Shown: piece by piece, positions 13,820 through 27,369 of the stretch | How positions within the stretch are numbered: position 1 is the stretch's first letter | How the letters are laid out: every line of letters begins with the position of its first letter | Source of the DNA: the human T2T-CHM13v2.0 reference genome, Homo sapiens | DNA: 64,000 nt | Reading direction: 5' to 3' (one strand) | NCBI RefSeq assembly: GCF_009914755.1 | Contig: NC_060933.1 | Made by a program: the position numbers and the translations under genes | The notes under the pieces: generated by a model | Told to the model about the DNA's origin: nothing | The model's database searches: none | The model's input: the letters and a program-made list of their open reading frames with translations, nothing else

Positions 13820-15844
13820 TATTAAGGTCATAAAAAGTTTTAAATTGGACAAATAATTATAAGTGCATATGTGAACTTTAACATCTTAATGATATAAAAT
13901 ATAAAGAGATTAGCATTTTATCACATTCTTATACTCCTCAATTTTAAATTATATAATTTTCTTATTTTATATAATAGTTAATTTTAGTATGTGATTAAAT
14001 TTTAATTAAAATATTCATATTGTAATGTCCCCAAAATTGTTCGATCATGGTTCTCTATCTAACTAGATTGAATGTTTACTCTCTATCTCTGTAATATGAT
14101 GTAGTCTTATTGAGTTATTTAACTTGATCCTTTTTAATTGGCTGGATTGTATAATCAATTTTTTTTCCCAGTCACCATGAGAACCTCAAGAATATTTTTC
14201 TGGACATTTCAATCACTTTTATTCTGATAGAAGATTTTATCCCAGTATAATCTTGGAGCAAAATTTTCCTGAGATATGAAATAATGTTTTTTCATCTTAA
14301 ATTAAATGTTGCCTGAGCAAAGCAAACTATCAGTCAGTTATCTTCTGTCTGCATGCTTGAAAAATTATTTCTTGACCTATAAATTTTAATGATACAATCA
14401 GGCTTAAGATCTTTGCTTTTATTGCCCTGTAATCAATTGTTTTCAGTGGTTTTTCCTTCTATCTACAAAATCGGCTGTTCTCTTATGACAAAGAACCTTT
14501 TCTCTATTAAATATTTGAATAAACTATTTCTCCTTCTGTTGAATTTTCTACTTTCAGAACAGAAGTTATTGTTTTTATGCGATAATCTGTCTTCTACTCC
14601 TTTAATTGCTCTCTAATTTCTTAGCTATGTTTCCGCTTTTCTCTTGTATCTAGTCTTTCCTATTAGCAAGTTAATTTTCGGTCTTATCAATCTTTTCCTT
14701 GTGGCTCACAAATTATTGTGTAAAAATGCTAGTTTGATTTTCATTTATTTAGCTCTATAATTTATCATTTACTGTCATTTGGTATTTTTATTATTTGGCT
14801 TTTAATTTATTTATATTAAATACATGAACATATATATTTTAATACGTGGAATACGTTCTTTCTACTACTTATTTCCCCCCATTGCATATCCTGCCCAATG
14901 TTTGGTACTCCGTATCTCCATTGATATAATATTACTCTTTTTTAGAGTAGAGTTCTATAATTGTGAAGCCATTTAAAGTATTTTTTTATTATAAATACTC
15001 TAACCTCATTAGGTCTAGGAAGGCCAATGCTTATCAAGCTAGCTATGTTAGTATATCTTTTTTACTTTTTGTTTGTAATCCATTGTGAGCTAATACCTGG
15101 TACTTCTGTGCATAACTTGCTAACAGACCATGCCCCAAGTGATAAACTATTCATATTTGACATCAGTTGAACTGGTCTATATCTTACTAAATGGCATGAG
15201 TCTGCTAACAAAGACTTTGGATACCTCAATAATGTCAAATTTCTACCAAAGTTTCTAAATACTTCCTCTGAATTTTTGTACCTTTCTCACAGTGGGCCAG
15301 TGACAGATATTTCATGGACTACACTTTGAGTAATACTATATAGATAATACCTAGACTTTTTCTAATTCTATGTTAGATTGGTTTATTTTTATTGCTGGGC
15401 CACATGAAGTTTGAAGTCTACATATATCATGTTCTTTCCACTTTTATGTAGCCTGTAGTTAAACTGTAAAGAGGTTTCAGGAGGGTTCATATGACTCTAG
15501 GCATATTCCTAGTTAGTTCTATGTTTTGAGATTGTCTTATTAGTTTATATGAGACTTTATTCAATTTATTACCAGAGTAGCTGTCCAATGGGACTATTAG
15601 TAGCATGTATTTACTGGATTGTTGATATTCTCTCCAATTTAATACAGAAGAAATCTTCATATCCATTTGAGAGCAACAGTCTTCAGTTTTAAATGTCTCT
15701 CCCAGTCAGCCATTCTACTATTGCCTGGCAATTCAGAGAAAATACAAGGATTTCTCGTGGATTCATATTTTTCTGTATTTTTGAAGGTATGGTGACAATT
15801 ATCAGGTCTTCTATCTCTTAATGTAGTTTCTGTGAGATACAGTT

Positions 15845-16466
15845 TGTAAACCCTGAAACTTTGAGGCAAGTCTCAGTTAATTCTGGGGAGTGTTATGGGG
15901 TGGGGGGAAGGGGGAGGGATAGCATTAGGAGATATACCTAATGCTAAATGACGAATTAATGGGTGCAGCACACCAGCATGGCACATGTATACATATGTAA
16001 CTAACCTGCACATTGTGCACATGTACCCTAAAACTTAAAGTATAATAATAATAAAAAAAAAAGAAAGTTTATTTTGCCAAGGTTGAGGACACACATCCGT
16101 GACACAGTTTCAGGAAGTCCTAACAACATGTGCCCAAGGTGGTCAAGGCACAGCTTAGTTTTATATATTTTAGGGAGACATAAGACATCAATCGGTATAT
16201 GTAAGATGCACATTTGTTTGGTCTGGAAAGGTGGGACAACTTGAAGCAAAGGCAGGAAAACTTGAAGCAGGGAGGGGCTTTCCAGGCCACAGATAGGTAA
16301 GACACAAATGATTACATTCTTTTGAGTTTCTGATTAGCCCTTCCAAAGGAGGTAATCAGCTATGTATCTATCTCAGTGAGTAGAAGGATGACTTTGAACA
16401 GAATGGGAGGCAGATTTGCCCTGAGCAGTTTCCAACTTGAAGGGGCCAAGATATTTTTCTTTCACA
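15845..16466 (-). mobile_element. MER4A-type ERV1 solo LTR, interrupted by an L1PA fragment
   Basis: GTCTCAGTTAATT|AGAAAGTTTATTTTGCCAAGGTTGAGGAC...ATGTGCCCAAGGTGGTC...TTTTCTTTCACA matches MER4A antisense. Confidence 0.85.
15882..16062 (+). mobile_element. Very short young L1PA (PA2/PA3-like) 3'UTR fragment
   Basis: GGGAGGGATAGCATTAGGAGATATACCTAATGCTAAATGACG...ACTTAAAGTATAATAATAATAAAAAA. Confidence 0.93.
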
Positions 16467-17464
16467 GGTTGATATCAGGAGCCTGTCTCAATATATACCT
16501 GGATTTTCTAATTTTGCCTTTAGCTACCATTTTTTGAAGTTTATACCATTTGAAGTCTTTGCTTGTATTTTTATTATTTGTTGTTCTTATTTTTAAACTT
16601 ATTTTCTATTATGTAAGTATTGAGGAAAACATTATCTTTAAAAAAACTTTAAAAAAAATTTCAACTTTTATTTTAGATTTAGAGAGTGCATGTGCAGGTT
16701 GGTTACCTGGTTATATTGCATAATGCTGAGGCTGGGGAATGAATGATCCCATCATCCAGGGAGTAAGCATAATATTAATAGTTTTTCAACCCATACCCTC
16801 CTTTCTCTCTCTCCTCTCTAGAAGTCCTCAGTTTCTACTGTTGCCATCTTTATGTTTAGTGCCTGGTCACTCATGAAATGGGAAGAAAGGTGGTAGACAG
16901 TGTAATAGTTAAAGAAAGAAGAAAGAAATACAAAAAGTGGCTCAACAATCAAAGACAGGTTTATTTTGTAGAATAAACCTGAGAGGGGATTCTGGCTGAT
17001 TTCAGTCAGGAGCACTCTCTCTTACAGACTAAGGGTATTTTAGGGTTCAGGAAGAGAGAACTTATTACAGGCTTGGAATGTTTCTGTGTGGAGAAGCCTA
17101 TTGGGGATTGGAACGTCTCTGGTCAGAGGGGAGGTTATCTTGGAGCTGACATCTCTCCGTCCAGAAGGGAGGTTATTTCGGGGCTGGCATGTCTCTGGTT
17201 GGGGAGGGGTTTACCTTAGGGTTGGAATATTTCTGGTCAGAGATGTCACTGTGGTTTATGATCATGCTGACCTTAGCCATTAGGCTGAAGCCCTTTGGAT
17301 TTAGGTGGCTTTTGATCAAGGGGAACTTTAAAATAGCGATGCTTGTCCAAGATGGCAATGTTCCTGCTCTGTCAATGCAGACCTTATAGTTATAAAAAGG
17401 ATGAGGGGCAGTGTGTTCTTTCTGGCTACTTCCTGCTGACGAGGCGATGGAGAGTTTTCTGGTC

Positions 17465-17788
17465 TCAGATTGACTGTAAGAGTAATGCCTTCTGTAGATG
17501 TTTTGGGGTAGTTGTCTGTGAAATGGCCATGATTCTGACAGTTAATAATCTTTGAGAAAGGTTAATTAAGAAGGGTAAGAACATTAGCCCTAGGCATATT
17601 ATTAGGAGAGGGCCCAGGAATGGGATGACCCACGCTATGATTTTGTTCCCAAACAAATAATCTATTTCATTGTTTTGGTATTCCCTTAGCTTCATAGCCC
17701 TTTCAAGTCTTTCAGCAGTGTCTCTAACTAGGCCTGATTGGTTGAGATAGAAACAATATTCCTTACCCGATGAGAGGCAGATACACAT
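17465..17788 (-). pseudogene. env: Gamma-type ERV env transmembrane-subunit remnant
   Basis: CLSSGKEYCFYLNQSGLVRD is a degenerate CX6CC motif. It is followed by the membrane anchor WVIPFLGPLLIICLGLMF. Confidence 0.85.
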
Positions 17789-20700
17789 GTTTGGAAAGGC
17801 CCATGTGTTATTTTCTGTTAGTAACCATTATTCTTGCTATGAAGATAATAATTAAGCAAAATACTACAGTAATTGAGATTCTCTGTCCAATATTCCACCC
17901 TGAGGGTGCTACAGTACATAGTCCTACTGCAAATAGTAGAGTGAGTAAAGCAATTCCCACAAGGTTGGCTTAGTAAATAATCTCCATTAAAAAGTTTTAA
18001 TATTTAGCTTAAAAGGAGAGGTACAAATGACAAAACGTATTTGGTGAGGTAGGGGTGAGACTGAGTAAGATGAGTATTTCTCTCTTAGTTACTTATTTTT
18101 TATGATTTTCAGCTTCATTATATTGATATTTAGGATGTTCCTTTGGGCTGTCAGGGGTTGCTTCCTCAGCTTTCCAGGCTTTGACTCCAGTGTAATGTAT
18201 CCAGGAGTTGATACGTGTAACAGGTACCGTCTCAATTACCCTGGGTTCCGTAGACTCACTAGATGTGGGGGCAAAGGACTCTGGACACCCTCAGTTATTA
18301 GTTGTCCGTGAAGAGATTTCCTCCTGTGATGGTTGGGGGGCTTGGAGGCAGCACTTGCTGAAACATCTAGTTTTCAGTTCATAGGGCTTTAAGAAAGCAA
18401 AGCTTATTTTGGAAAAGTATAGCCAGAAGAATTAGAATTTAATTTAAACTGTAGAAAATAATAAAAATTGAAAAACATTAGGCAAGACTAGAATTTAACA
18501 ACAGGTGTGCTACAGTTTTTGAAACATAATTTTCTCTCTCCAGTTTCCCATTTTTATTAAAAGACAAATCATGGTAGGTCTGGTTTGCTTTATTATACTT
18601 GGCTTAATTATTTTCATATAGTGCAGCAAAAATAATTATTTGTTATGTAGGCCTTTTAAATTGGCATCGATGGAACTTTGTTCCTCAGAAGGAATCTGAG
18701 ATAAGACTTTTTAAAGCTGAGCCCAGCCATGGAATTGTACTATTAAATACCTACGAGTTTCCTCTTGAGGTTCCAAGATAACTTGGGGTGTCTGCCCTCT
18801 TAGAAAGTGACATTCTTTACTTGCCACAGATCAGAAACACTGTACACGGACTGTTTGCACAAAATATGAGGCCAGCTTTCCAAGTGCTTTAATCTCTCTG
18901 TAAGTCAGGTTTGATTCCTTAAAGGAGAGCACACCATTCCGGTCAAAGCCTTGGTAAGATAACCAGTTTTTCCAATTGTGTACTGTTACAAAAGAACACA
19001 GATTATTATTGCACTTATTCAAATAACTATATTGCCATAACTTAAGAATACTCATAGTTTCTAAACTCTGGAGAAAATCAGGTAGAGAGAAACAAGTATG
19101 CTTCAAATTTTGTTTATGGGAGTATACTAAATTGTTAAAAGCTGTCAATAGCTCAAAAGAAAAGTTTCTTTGACTTTGAAAAGCAAAACAAAGGATCAGC
19201 AATATTTTAAGCAAAATGTCAAAAGGATCACTCCAGTCTCCTATCAGTTCAGCCCATGCAGTTAATTCCTGTCCCACATAATATTAATGAAGATTTTAGC
19301 TCTTCAAGAGTCCTGAATGTTTTTCCTCTATTCTGATGTCAACAATCTCCAAAGTTAACAGAAATCTGCATTAAAGAGTACCTGTTAGAGCTTTATAGCT
19401 GATTATAAAACTACCTTCTAAAGAGGACCAAAACAAGACAACAATTGTTTCTGGATGACAAAAAGTTTTAGGGTAGCCATAGTTAAAGTCACAATTGACA
19501 AGGATATATGTTACCTTTGTGGCACACAATAATTTTAACATAACAATTATAATTATTACTGATAATGTACACTAAGCTATATCAGGATTACAGGAGTCTC
19601 CCATAACTCTGGAACACATACCATTAACCTATTTATGCAAATATAGCCCAAAGAAAGCCAAACACCATTTTATATTTGACAAGGCTTTCTATATGACTTT
19701 ATACCAAATAAGCCAAATTTTACCTTTATATGAGTGTGCTATTAATGTTCAACTAAATTTTTAATAAAACCTTGTTGACACATTTACCAAATTTTAGTGT
19801 TTGACCATAAGGTAAGATTTTTATAGACCCTTTTTAACTCTTTATAATTTTTGTTAAAGAGCAGGTTAGTGCTTTAAGAGAAACCTGTTGTGCTTTTATT
19901 TTAATGGGCAATTTACAGAAAAATTGGATAACACCCCTTCAATTTTAGCTAATATGTTTACCCACAGAATTTCCTTTACAATGAAGCTTCCCAAACTTGC
20001 TTAAACCTTCATTTTTATTTTATTTAACTTAAAAACAGTTCTTTAACCTTTTAATCTAGGTAAAAATCCACATTCTCATGCCTCCTTATAATCTTTTTAC
20101 CAAGAATATATATAAACTGTTTATTCAATAGTCCTAAATAGATATTAAACTGTTAACTTTTAGCAACCTTTACTGTGGTTGGTATGTTTGGGATTTTAAT
20201 TATCTACTAGGTGTAAAGCCTAGGACCTAGACAGAAGTGCAGATAAGGTTTGACTTATTCCAATATTAACTCCATGTTTCCTAGGTGTTACCTAGCTGCA
20301 AAGCAGGCAAATTGTACAGCTAAGAGTTAAAGTGGCATTTTATAAAGCATTCAGGAGCCTAATCACTTTTAAATTGTATAAATTCCCTTTATAAAATTTT
20401 TCATGACTTTCACAGACAATCTCTGACATGCCTCAACTTTCTGACTTGTTGTAAACATTCCTCTCTTTAAACAACCAGTTGCTCTACTTTAAGACAAGAA
20501 TTTACCATGTAAAATTATTTCTATATAAATTATATTTTCTTTAATATCAAAGATGATAAACAGTCCTTTCCCAAAACAAACTTCCTTCATGCCTGTGGAC
20601 TAGACTGCCTAAGGCCACAAGATTAAAAGTTAGGGTATTTCACTAAATAGTTCAAGATGTAGCTATCTTTATTAAACCAATATTAATGTTTCATTTATTA

Positions 20701-21469
20701 AAACATTACACAAGCGAAGATTATTCTGTTTGGGCTGGGTTATAGTTTCATAGCTGCTATGCCAAATTTTGACACCTTACAGTATTTGACAGAGATAAGT
20801 ATGAAATTTCTTGATAAATAAATACAAACAAAAATGTATACTGGCAAGTCTTAAGACATTTCTAATCTTACTGTAACAGTAAATTTTAAAGACTAAAGTC
20901 ACGTGAACTGAAAGGTCCCACAGCTTTTACTTTTCCCTTAAAAATATTTGATTCAAGTGCTTATTTTTCTTTGGCCAATTTAATAGAGCTTTTTAAAAGA
21001 CATTGCACATGTAACACATACATAGCCACACAGACAACAAGAAGAAGATCCAGTAGTTATACGATTTTTTATTTTCTAATTTCCCAGTTGGATTATTGGC
21101 CTTCAGGTGAGGCCCTTTAAGAACAGGGCTAGGTAAACAACTTCCAAGGCCTAATAAACAAGCATAGCTGGAAGACAAAAACAGATTTTAAGAGGTACTT
21201 ATTCACCTCTAATTCCAGGGGTTCCATAAGGAAAACAGATATTTTCCCCAATATGGGATTTGTGGCAACTTTTCTGTTTTCCCAAGGAGTCCTAAGCCAC
21301 CAGAAGTCATTTTAGGGTGTTTCATACATGCACCAAGAGTGGCAAGACAGAATGGAGGAAAGTAATTCAGTTGACTGAGGGAAAACAAGATTTATGAAGA
21401 GAAAAACATAAAGGCCTTTTGAATATACTCATAGCTTATATATCCATTTTAATTAAGCTGAGCACTTTT

Positions 21470-22236
21470 TTTTAATCAGGGGTGAGGGTGGAGATTAGAA
21501 TTATTTAAATATTATTCCACTTAAAACTACAGAATTGAGTTATTGCAGGAATTCCCTGCAACAATGAGAAGGATTTTCAGAGAAAGATCCCATATGCGAC
21601 AAATCAGACATGGAGAAAGGGACATGAACACAAGCAATGCCTTCAGTACCAGCCACTTAATGGAGAGGGAGAATGGCAGAAGTGGTTTGACTGGTTGGAG
21701 CAGTTTTTGAACAGATTAACAAGTGGAGAAGGAGGAGGAGTGGGGTTTGGGGCTGAAGAATTGGGGGCAAAAGGAGCCACTGGGCTGGAGGGTTTGGAAG
21801 GGTAAGGAGCAGATGCAGGGGGATGAGAATACAGAGAGGTTTTATCTGCAGGGTCAAAAAGGGTTTCAGAGGAAGGAGTTTCAGAGGGAGGAAAGACCCA
21901 GGGAAGGTTTTAATTAAGAAGGATTTCATGAGGGGTGCAGGCTTGACACAGGGAGGGTTGGGGTCTAAGTTAGAAGAAAACCTGAATATAGAGAATCTCT
22001 TGTCATTTGCCATTCCTGGTTATAAAGTTGTCACACTTCCTGAGAATTTGAAAGTCAAAGGTACCATTTTTGGGCCATCGGCTGTCATTGTCTAATTTGT
22101 ATTGGGGCCAGGCTGTGTTGCAATAAAAAACCCAAATGCTTTGGCTTTATGCTTCCCATAAGCTGAGTTTGGTGAGGTTGTGAAGGAGACAGCCCAGTGG
22201 AGAGGATGTAGGAATGTAGGATTGTTTGGCACTCAT
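21470..22236 (-). pseudogene. gag: ERV1 gag remnant (MA, Pro-rich region, CA N-terminus)
   Basis: Hand translation gives SPLGCLLHNL...FYCNTAWPQYKLDN..WPKNGTFDF and VHVPFSMSDLS..GSFSENP, broken by stops and frameshifts. Confidence 0.75.
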
Positions 22237-23308
22237 GTGGACTGGTGAGAAGAGGCTGAGGGTGTCTGTTTTTGTTCTAGGCATCCCCAGACAAAAGACA
22301 GAGACCCGAAATCCTCTTTATAAAGAGGATGTTCAAGCTGAGAAGAAACTGAGTGTCCCCAAGATGTCTTCCATCTTAGTCCCACTGGTCATCTGAGGAC
22401 CGGGATAGTAGACCTGACTTTGCTGGGTTCTGCAAGAAAGCCAGAGGAGGGCATATCTCACCAGTCAGCTGGATTAGTGTCCAATGTTGGATGTTCCTAT
22501 TCGAATTGGCAAAGGACTTCTTGGACTGGAGTTGCACAAGGAAGACAGAGAGAGAGAGGGAAAAGAAGATGGAGGAGGAGGAGCGGAGAGAGTGAAATAC
22601 CCATTGCAAGCAGTCGGAGGTGGATTCCTGAGACCTAAGGGTTTTGAGCACCCACTGGGGAGTAGCCCCTGAGCCTTGCAGTCCCCTTCAGGTTAGTTGT
22701 CCTCCTCACACAAATCACTCAAAAAGTGAAGTGAGAGACAAGACTGGGTGGGTGGCCAGAGACTCTCAGGATCCAGCGTGATGAGTTGCCACTGCCTACT
22801 GCTTCCTGGATTGCAAGAGAGCCTCTACCCCCAACACCCATCCCGGCTTTTGGCACCAAAATGTAAGAGTTAAAGAAACACAAAAAGCAGTTCAGCAGTC
22901 AAAGACATATTTATTTTGGCGAATAAACCTGAGAGGGCTTCTGGCTGATTTCAGCCAGGAGCACTCTCTCTTACAGATTAAGAGTGTTTAAGGTTTCAGG
23001 GCAAGAGAACTTATCACAGGCTTGGAAAGTTTTGTGTGGAGAAGTTTATTGTGGGGCTGGCATGTCTCTGGTCAGGGAGGGGTTTATCTTAGGGTTGGAA
23101 TGTTTCTGGTGGAGATGTCATTTGTGGTTTATGGTCATGCTGACCTTAGCCATTAGGCTGATGCCCTTTGGATTTAGGTGGTTTTTGATCAAGGAGAACT
23201 TTAAAATGGAGGTGCTTGTCCAAGATGGCAATGCTACTGCTCTGTCAGATGGGGCTAGGAGCAGGAGATTGTGAGAGAAACTCTCTCTGCTATGAAACCC
23301 AGACCATG

Positions 23309-23677
23309 TCCCGGGTTTTGGCACCAAATTATATGAAAACCTAAAGGAAAAGAGTGAGAGACAGGAGGCATCATCTCAATGGCCAAAAAGGTTTATTCAC
23401 AGGAATAAGCCTGCAAGGGGTCCCAGTCAGTAGTCTGACTTATAAGCTGAGGTTTTTATCATAAAGTTTCTATAGGGGAGGGGTTGGGGAAGTGCTGGTT
23501 GGTTGGGACTATTGGAGAGTTTCCAGCTGGGGATGGATGCACTTAGGGCTGCTAAGTTCTGATGCAGTTAGGGCGCTTATGCTCTGTTGAGGCTATGGGT
23601 GGGATTGATGTTTGCTTTGTTCCTGAGAAGACAATCATCAAGGTTGTGAAACGACATCACTATTGTTAGTCCTCACA
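23309..23677 (-). mobile_element. Second, different ERV1 LTR with its own tRNA-Phe PBS (host of the MER61 insertion); family not identified
   Basis: Minus strand starts TGTGAGGACTAA at 23677 and carries AATAAA. It is followed by the PBS TGGTGCCAAAACCCGGGA (23326-23309). Confidence 0.7.
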
Positions 23678-26600
23678 ATTTGTTTTTCTGTTCCTGTGTT
23701 AATTAAGTTAGGATAATGGCCTCCAGCTGCACCCATGTTACTGCAAAGGACATAATTTCACTCTTTTTGTGGCTGTATAGTGATGCATGGTGTACCAAAT
23801 TTTCTTTATCCCCTCCATTGTTGATGGACACCTAGGTTAATTCTATGTTTTTGCTATTGTGAATGGCGCTGGGATCAACATGAAACTGCATGCATGTGTC
23901 TCTTTGGTAGAGCAATTAATTTTTTTGATATATATCCATTAATAAGATTGCTGGGCCAAACTGTAATTTTAAGTTATTTAAGAAATTTCAAAGGTGGCTG
24001 AACTACTTTACATTTCCACCAAAATAAAGGTTCCCTTTTCTCCACAGCCTCACCAGCATCTGATATTTGTTAAATTTTAGTAATAGCTATTCTTACTGGT
24101 GTGAGATGGTATCTCATCATGTTCTGGATTTGCATTTCTCTGATAATTAGTAATGTAGAACATTTTTTTCATATGTTTCTTGGCTGCTTATATGTCTTCT
24201 TTTGAGGAATGTCTGTTTATGTCTTTTGCTCCTTTTTAGCAGGGTTGTTTTTAGCTTGTTCAATTGTTTAAGTTCCTTATAGATTCTGGATGTTAGACCT
24301 TTGCTGGATATAGAGTTTGCAAATATTTTCTCTCTTTCTGTAGGTTGTCTGTTTACTTTATTAGAATTTTCTTTTGCTGTGCAGAAGCTCTTTAGTTTAA
24401 ATGGCTTTCACTTGTCAATTTTTCTTTTTGCAATTGCTTTTAGGGATGTGGTCAAAAATTCTTTGCCAAGGCCAATGTTAAGAAAAGTATTTCCTAGAGT
24501 TTCTTCTAGAATTTTTATAGTTTGAGATCTTACATGTAAATCTTTAATCTGTCTTAAGTTCATTTCTGTCCATGGTAAAAAGTAAAAGTCTAGTTTCATT
24601 CTTCTGTGTCTGGCTAGGCAGTTATTCCAGCACCATTTGTTGTATAGGGAATCCTTTCCCCATTGCTTGTTTTTGTTGGTCTTGTTGAAGATAAGATGGT
24701 TGTAGTTGTGTGGCTTTATTTACTAGTTTTCTATTCTGTTTTATTGTTCTATATGTCTGTCTTTAAAAATTACTATACTGTTTTGGTTACTGTAGCCTTA
24801 TATTATAGTTTGAAGTCAAGTAATGTGATGCCTCCAGCTTATTATTTTTGCTTAAGATTACTTTTGCTATGCAGGCGTATAAATTTTGGAATTTTTAAAA
24901 TATCTGTTATGAATGATGTTGGTAGTATGACAGGAATAACTTTGAATCTGTACATTGCTTTGGGCTGTAGAACATTTCAACAATATTGATTCTTCCAATT
25001 CATGAGAATGGAATGTTTTTCCATTTACTTGTGTTGTGTGTGATTTCTTTCAGCTATATTGTAGTTTTCCTTCTAGAAATCTATCACTTTCTTAGTTAAC
25101 TGTATCCCTAGGTATTTCATTGATTTAATACCTATTGTAAATGGGATTGTGTTCTTGATTAGACTCTCATCCTGGACATTATTGGTGTATAGAAATGCTA
25201 CTAGTTTTTGTACATTGATTTTGTATTCTGAAACCTTTCTAAAATAGTTAATCAGTTCTAGTAGACTTTCGTTGGAGTCATTAGGGGTTTCTAAGCAGAT
25301 AATTCTACTGTCAGCAAAGAAAGAAAGTTTGAATTCTTATTTTCCTATTTGAATACCTATCATTTCTTTCTTTTTCCTGATTTCTCTGACTAGAAATTCC
25401 AGTACTATATTGAACTGGAGAGGAAAGAGTCGACATACTTTTTCTGTTCTAGTCCTCTAGGGGAATGCTTCCAGCTTTTGCCCATGCAGTATGATGTTGG
25501 CTGTGGGCTTGTCATATATGGCTATTATTATTTTCAGATATGTTCATTCAATGTCTAGTCTGTTGAGAACTTTTATCATGAAGGGATAATGGATTTTAAT
25601 GAAAGCTTTTTCTGCATCTATTGAGATGGTCATATGGTTTTTGCTTTTAATTCTGTTTATGCAGTAGATCACATTGATTTGCATGTGCTGAACCAATCTT
25701 GAATCTGAGAAATGAAGCCCACTTGGTCATGGTGAATTAACTCTTTATTATGCTACTGATTCACGTTGCAAGTGAATATTTTACTGAGGATTTTTACATC
25801 TATGTTCATCAGGGATATTGGCCTGAAGTTTCCTTTTTGGATCATGTCTCTGCCAGATTTTGGTATCAGGGTGACGCCGGCTTTGTGGAATGATTTAAGA
25901 AGGAACACCTACTCTCAATTTCTTGGACTAGTCTCAGTAGGACTGGTTCTTCTTTGTAAATCTGGTTCAGTTTGTCTGTGAATCCATCTAGTGCAGGGCT
26001 TTTTTTTTTTTCTTGGTTGTTGGTAGGCTTTGTATTACTGATTCAGTTTCAGAGTTTGTTATTGGTCTATTCAGATTTTCGCGGTCTTCCTGAATTAATC
26101 TTGGAAGGTGTTGTGTTCCCAGGTACTTACTCATTTTCTCTAGATTCTCTATTTGCAAAGAAGTGTTAATTTCATAATAGCTTATTGGAATCTTCTATGT
26201 TTTTCTGGGATTGGCTGTATTATCTTTGTCAGTTCTAATTACACTTATTTGGTTATTCTTTTTTTTGTTCTCTTTTTAAATCTAGCTAGCAGTCTATTAA
26301 TCATTCTTATTCTCTTTAAGAACACTTTTGGTTTTATTGATCTTTTGTTTGGACTTGTGTGTCCTAAATTCATTCAGTTTTACTCTGATTTTAGTTATCA
26401 ATTTTCTTCTGCTAGATTTGGGGCTGTTTTTATCTTTTTCTAGTTCCTCTAGGTGCAATGTTACATTGTTATTTGTAATTTTTCTAAGTTCTTGATATAG
26501 GTGTTCAGCACTATAAACTTTCCTCTTAACACTCCTTTAACTGCATACCAGATATTTTGGTAAGTTGTGTTCCTATATTCATTAATTTCAAATAATTTTA

Positions 26601-27369
26601 TATTTCTGCCTTAATTTCATTGCTCACTCAAGAGTTATTCAGAAGCAAGTTGTTCAATTTCCATTTTCGTGTGTGTGTGTGTAGTTCAAGAGATCTTAAT
26701 AATGATTTGTGTTTATTTCCACTGTGGTCTAAGAGCGTGTTTGGAATGACTCTTATTTTTTTTTAACTTAGACTTGCTTTATGAATGAGCACATGGTTGA
26801 TCTTAGAATATATTCCATATGTGGATGAGAGGAATGTATATTCTGTAGTTGTTGGATGGATTATTCTGTAAATCTTTATTAGATCCAGTTGGTCAAGTGT
26901 TGGATTTAAGTCCAGAATTTCTTTGTAAGTTTTCTGCCTTGATGATCTTTCCAACACTGTCAGTGAGGATTGAAGTCTCCCACTATTATTGTGTGGCTAT
27001 CCAAGTCTTTTTGTGGCTCTCTAAGAACTTGTTTTATGAATCTGGGTGCTCCAATGTTGGCTGAGTATATATTTAGAATACTTAAGTCTTCTTGTTGTAA
27101 TGAACACTTTATCATTATGTAATGGTCTTCTTCGTTCTTTCTGATTGTTTTTGGTCTAAATCTGTTTTTATCTGATATAAGATTCATGACTCCTTCTATT
27201 TTTTTTTTTTTTTTGTTCTCCATTTGCATGGTAGATCTTTTTCCATCCCTTTACTTTGAGCCTGTGGCTGCCATTACATATGAGCTGTGTCTCTTGAAGA
27301 CAACAGACAATTGTTTCTTGACTTTTTATCAAGCTTTTCACTCTATGCCTTTAAATTGGGCATTTAGAC

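Larger units (their letters stand above)
16901..23247 (-). mobile_element. MER61-type ERV1 provirus (two LTRs, Phe PBS, gag and env-TM remnants, no recognisable pol)
   Basis: LTRs at 16901-17374 and 22862-23247 both start TGACAGAGCAG on the minus strand. PBS TGGTGCCAAAAGCCGGGA at 22841-22858. Flanks are GACAG / GATGG. Confidence 0.85.

Noticed and set aside
18831-19277. 148-aa ORF inside the MER61 internal region
   Set aside because: No gag/pol/env motifs; lies in a non-coding ERV spacer.
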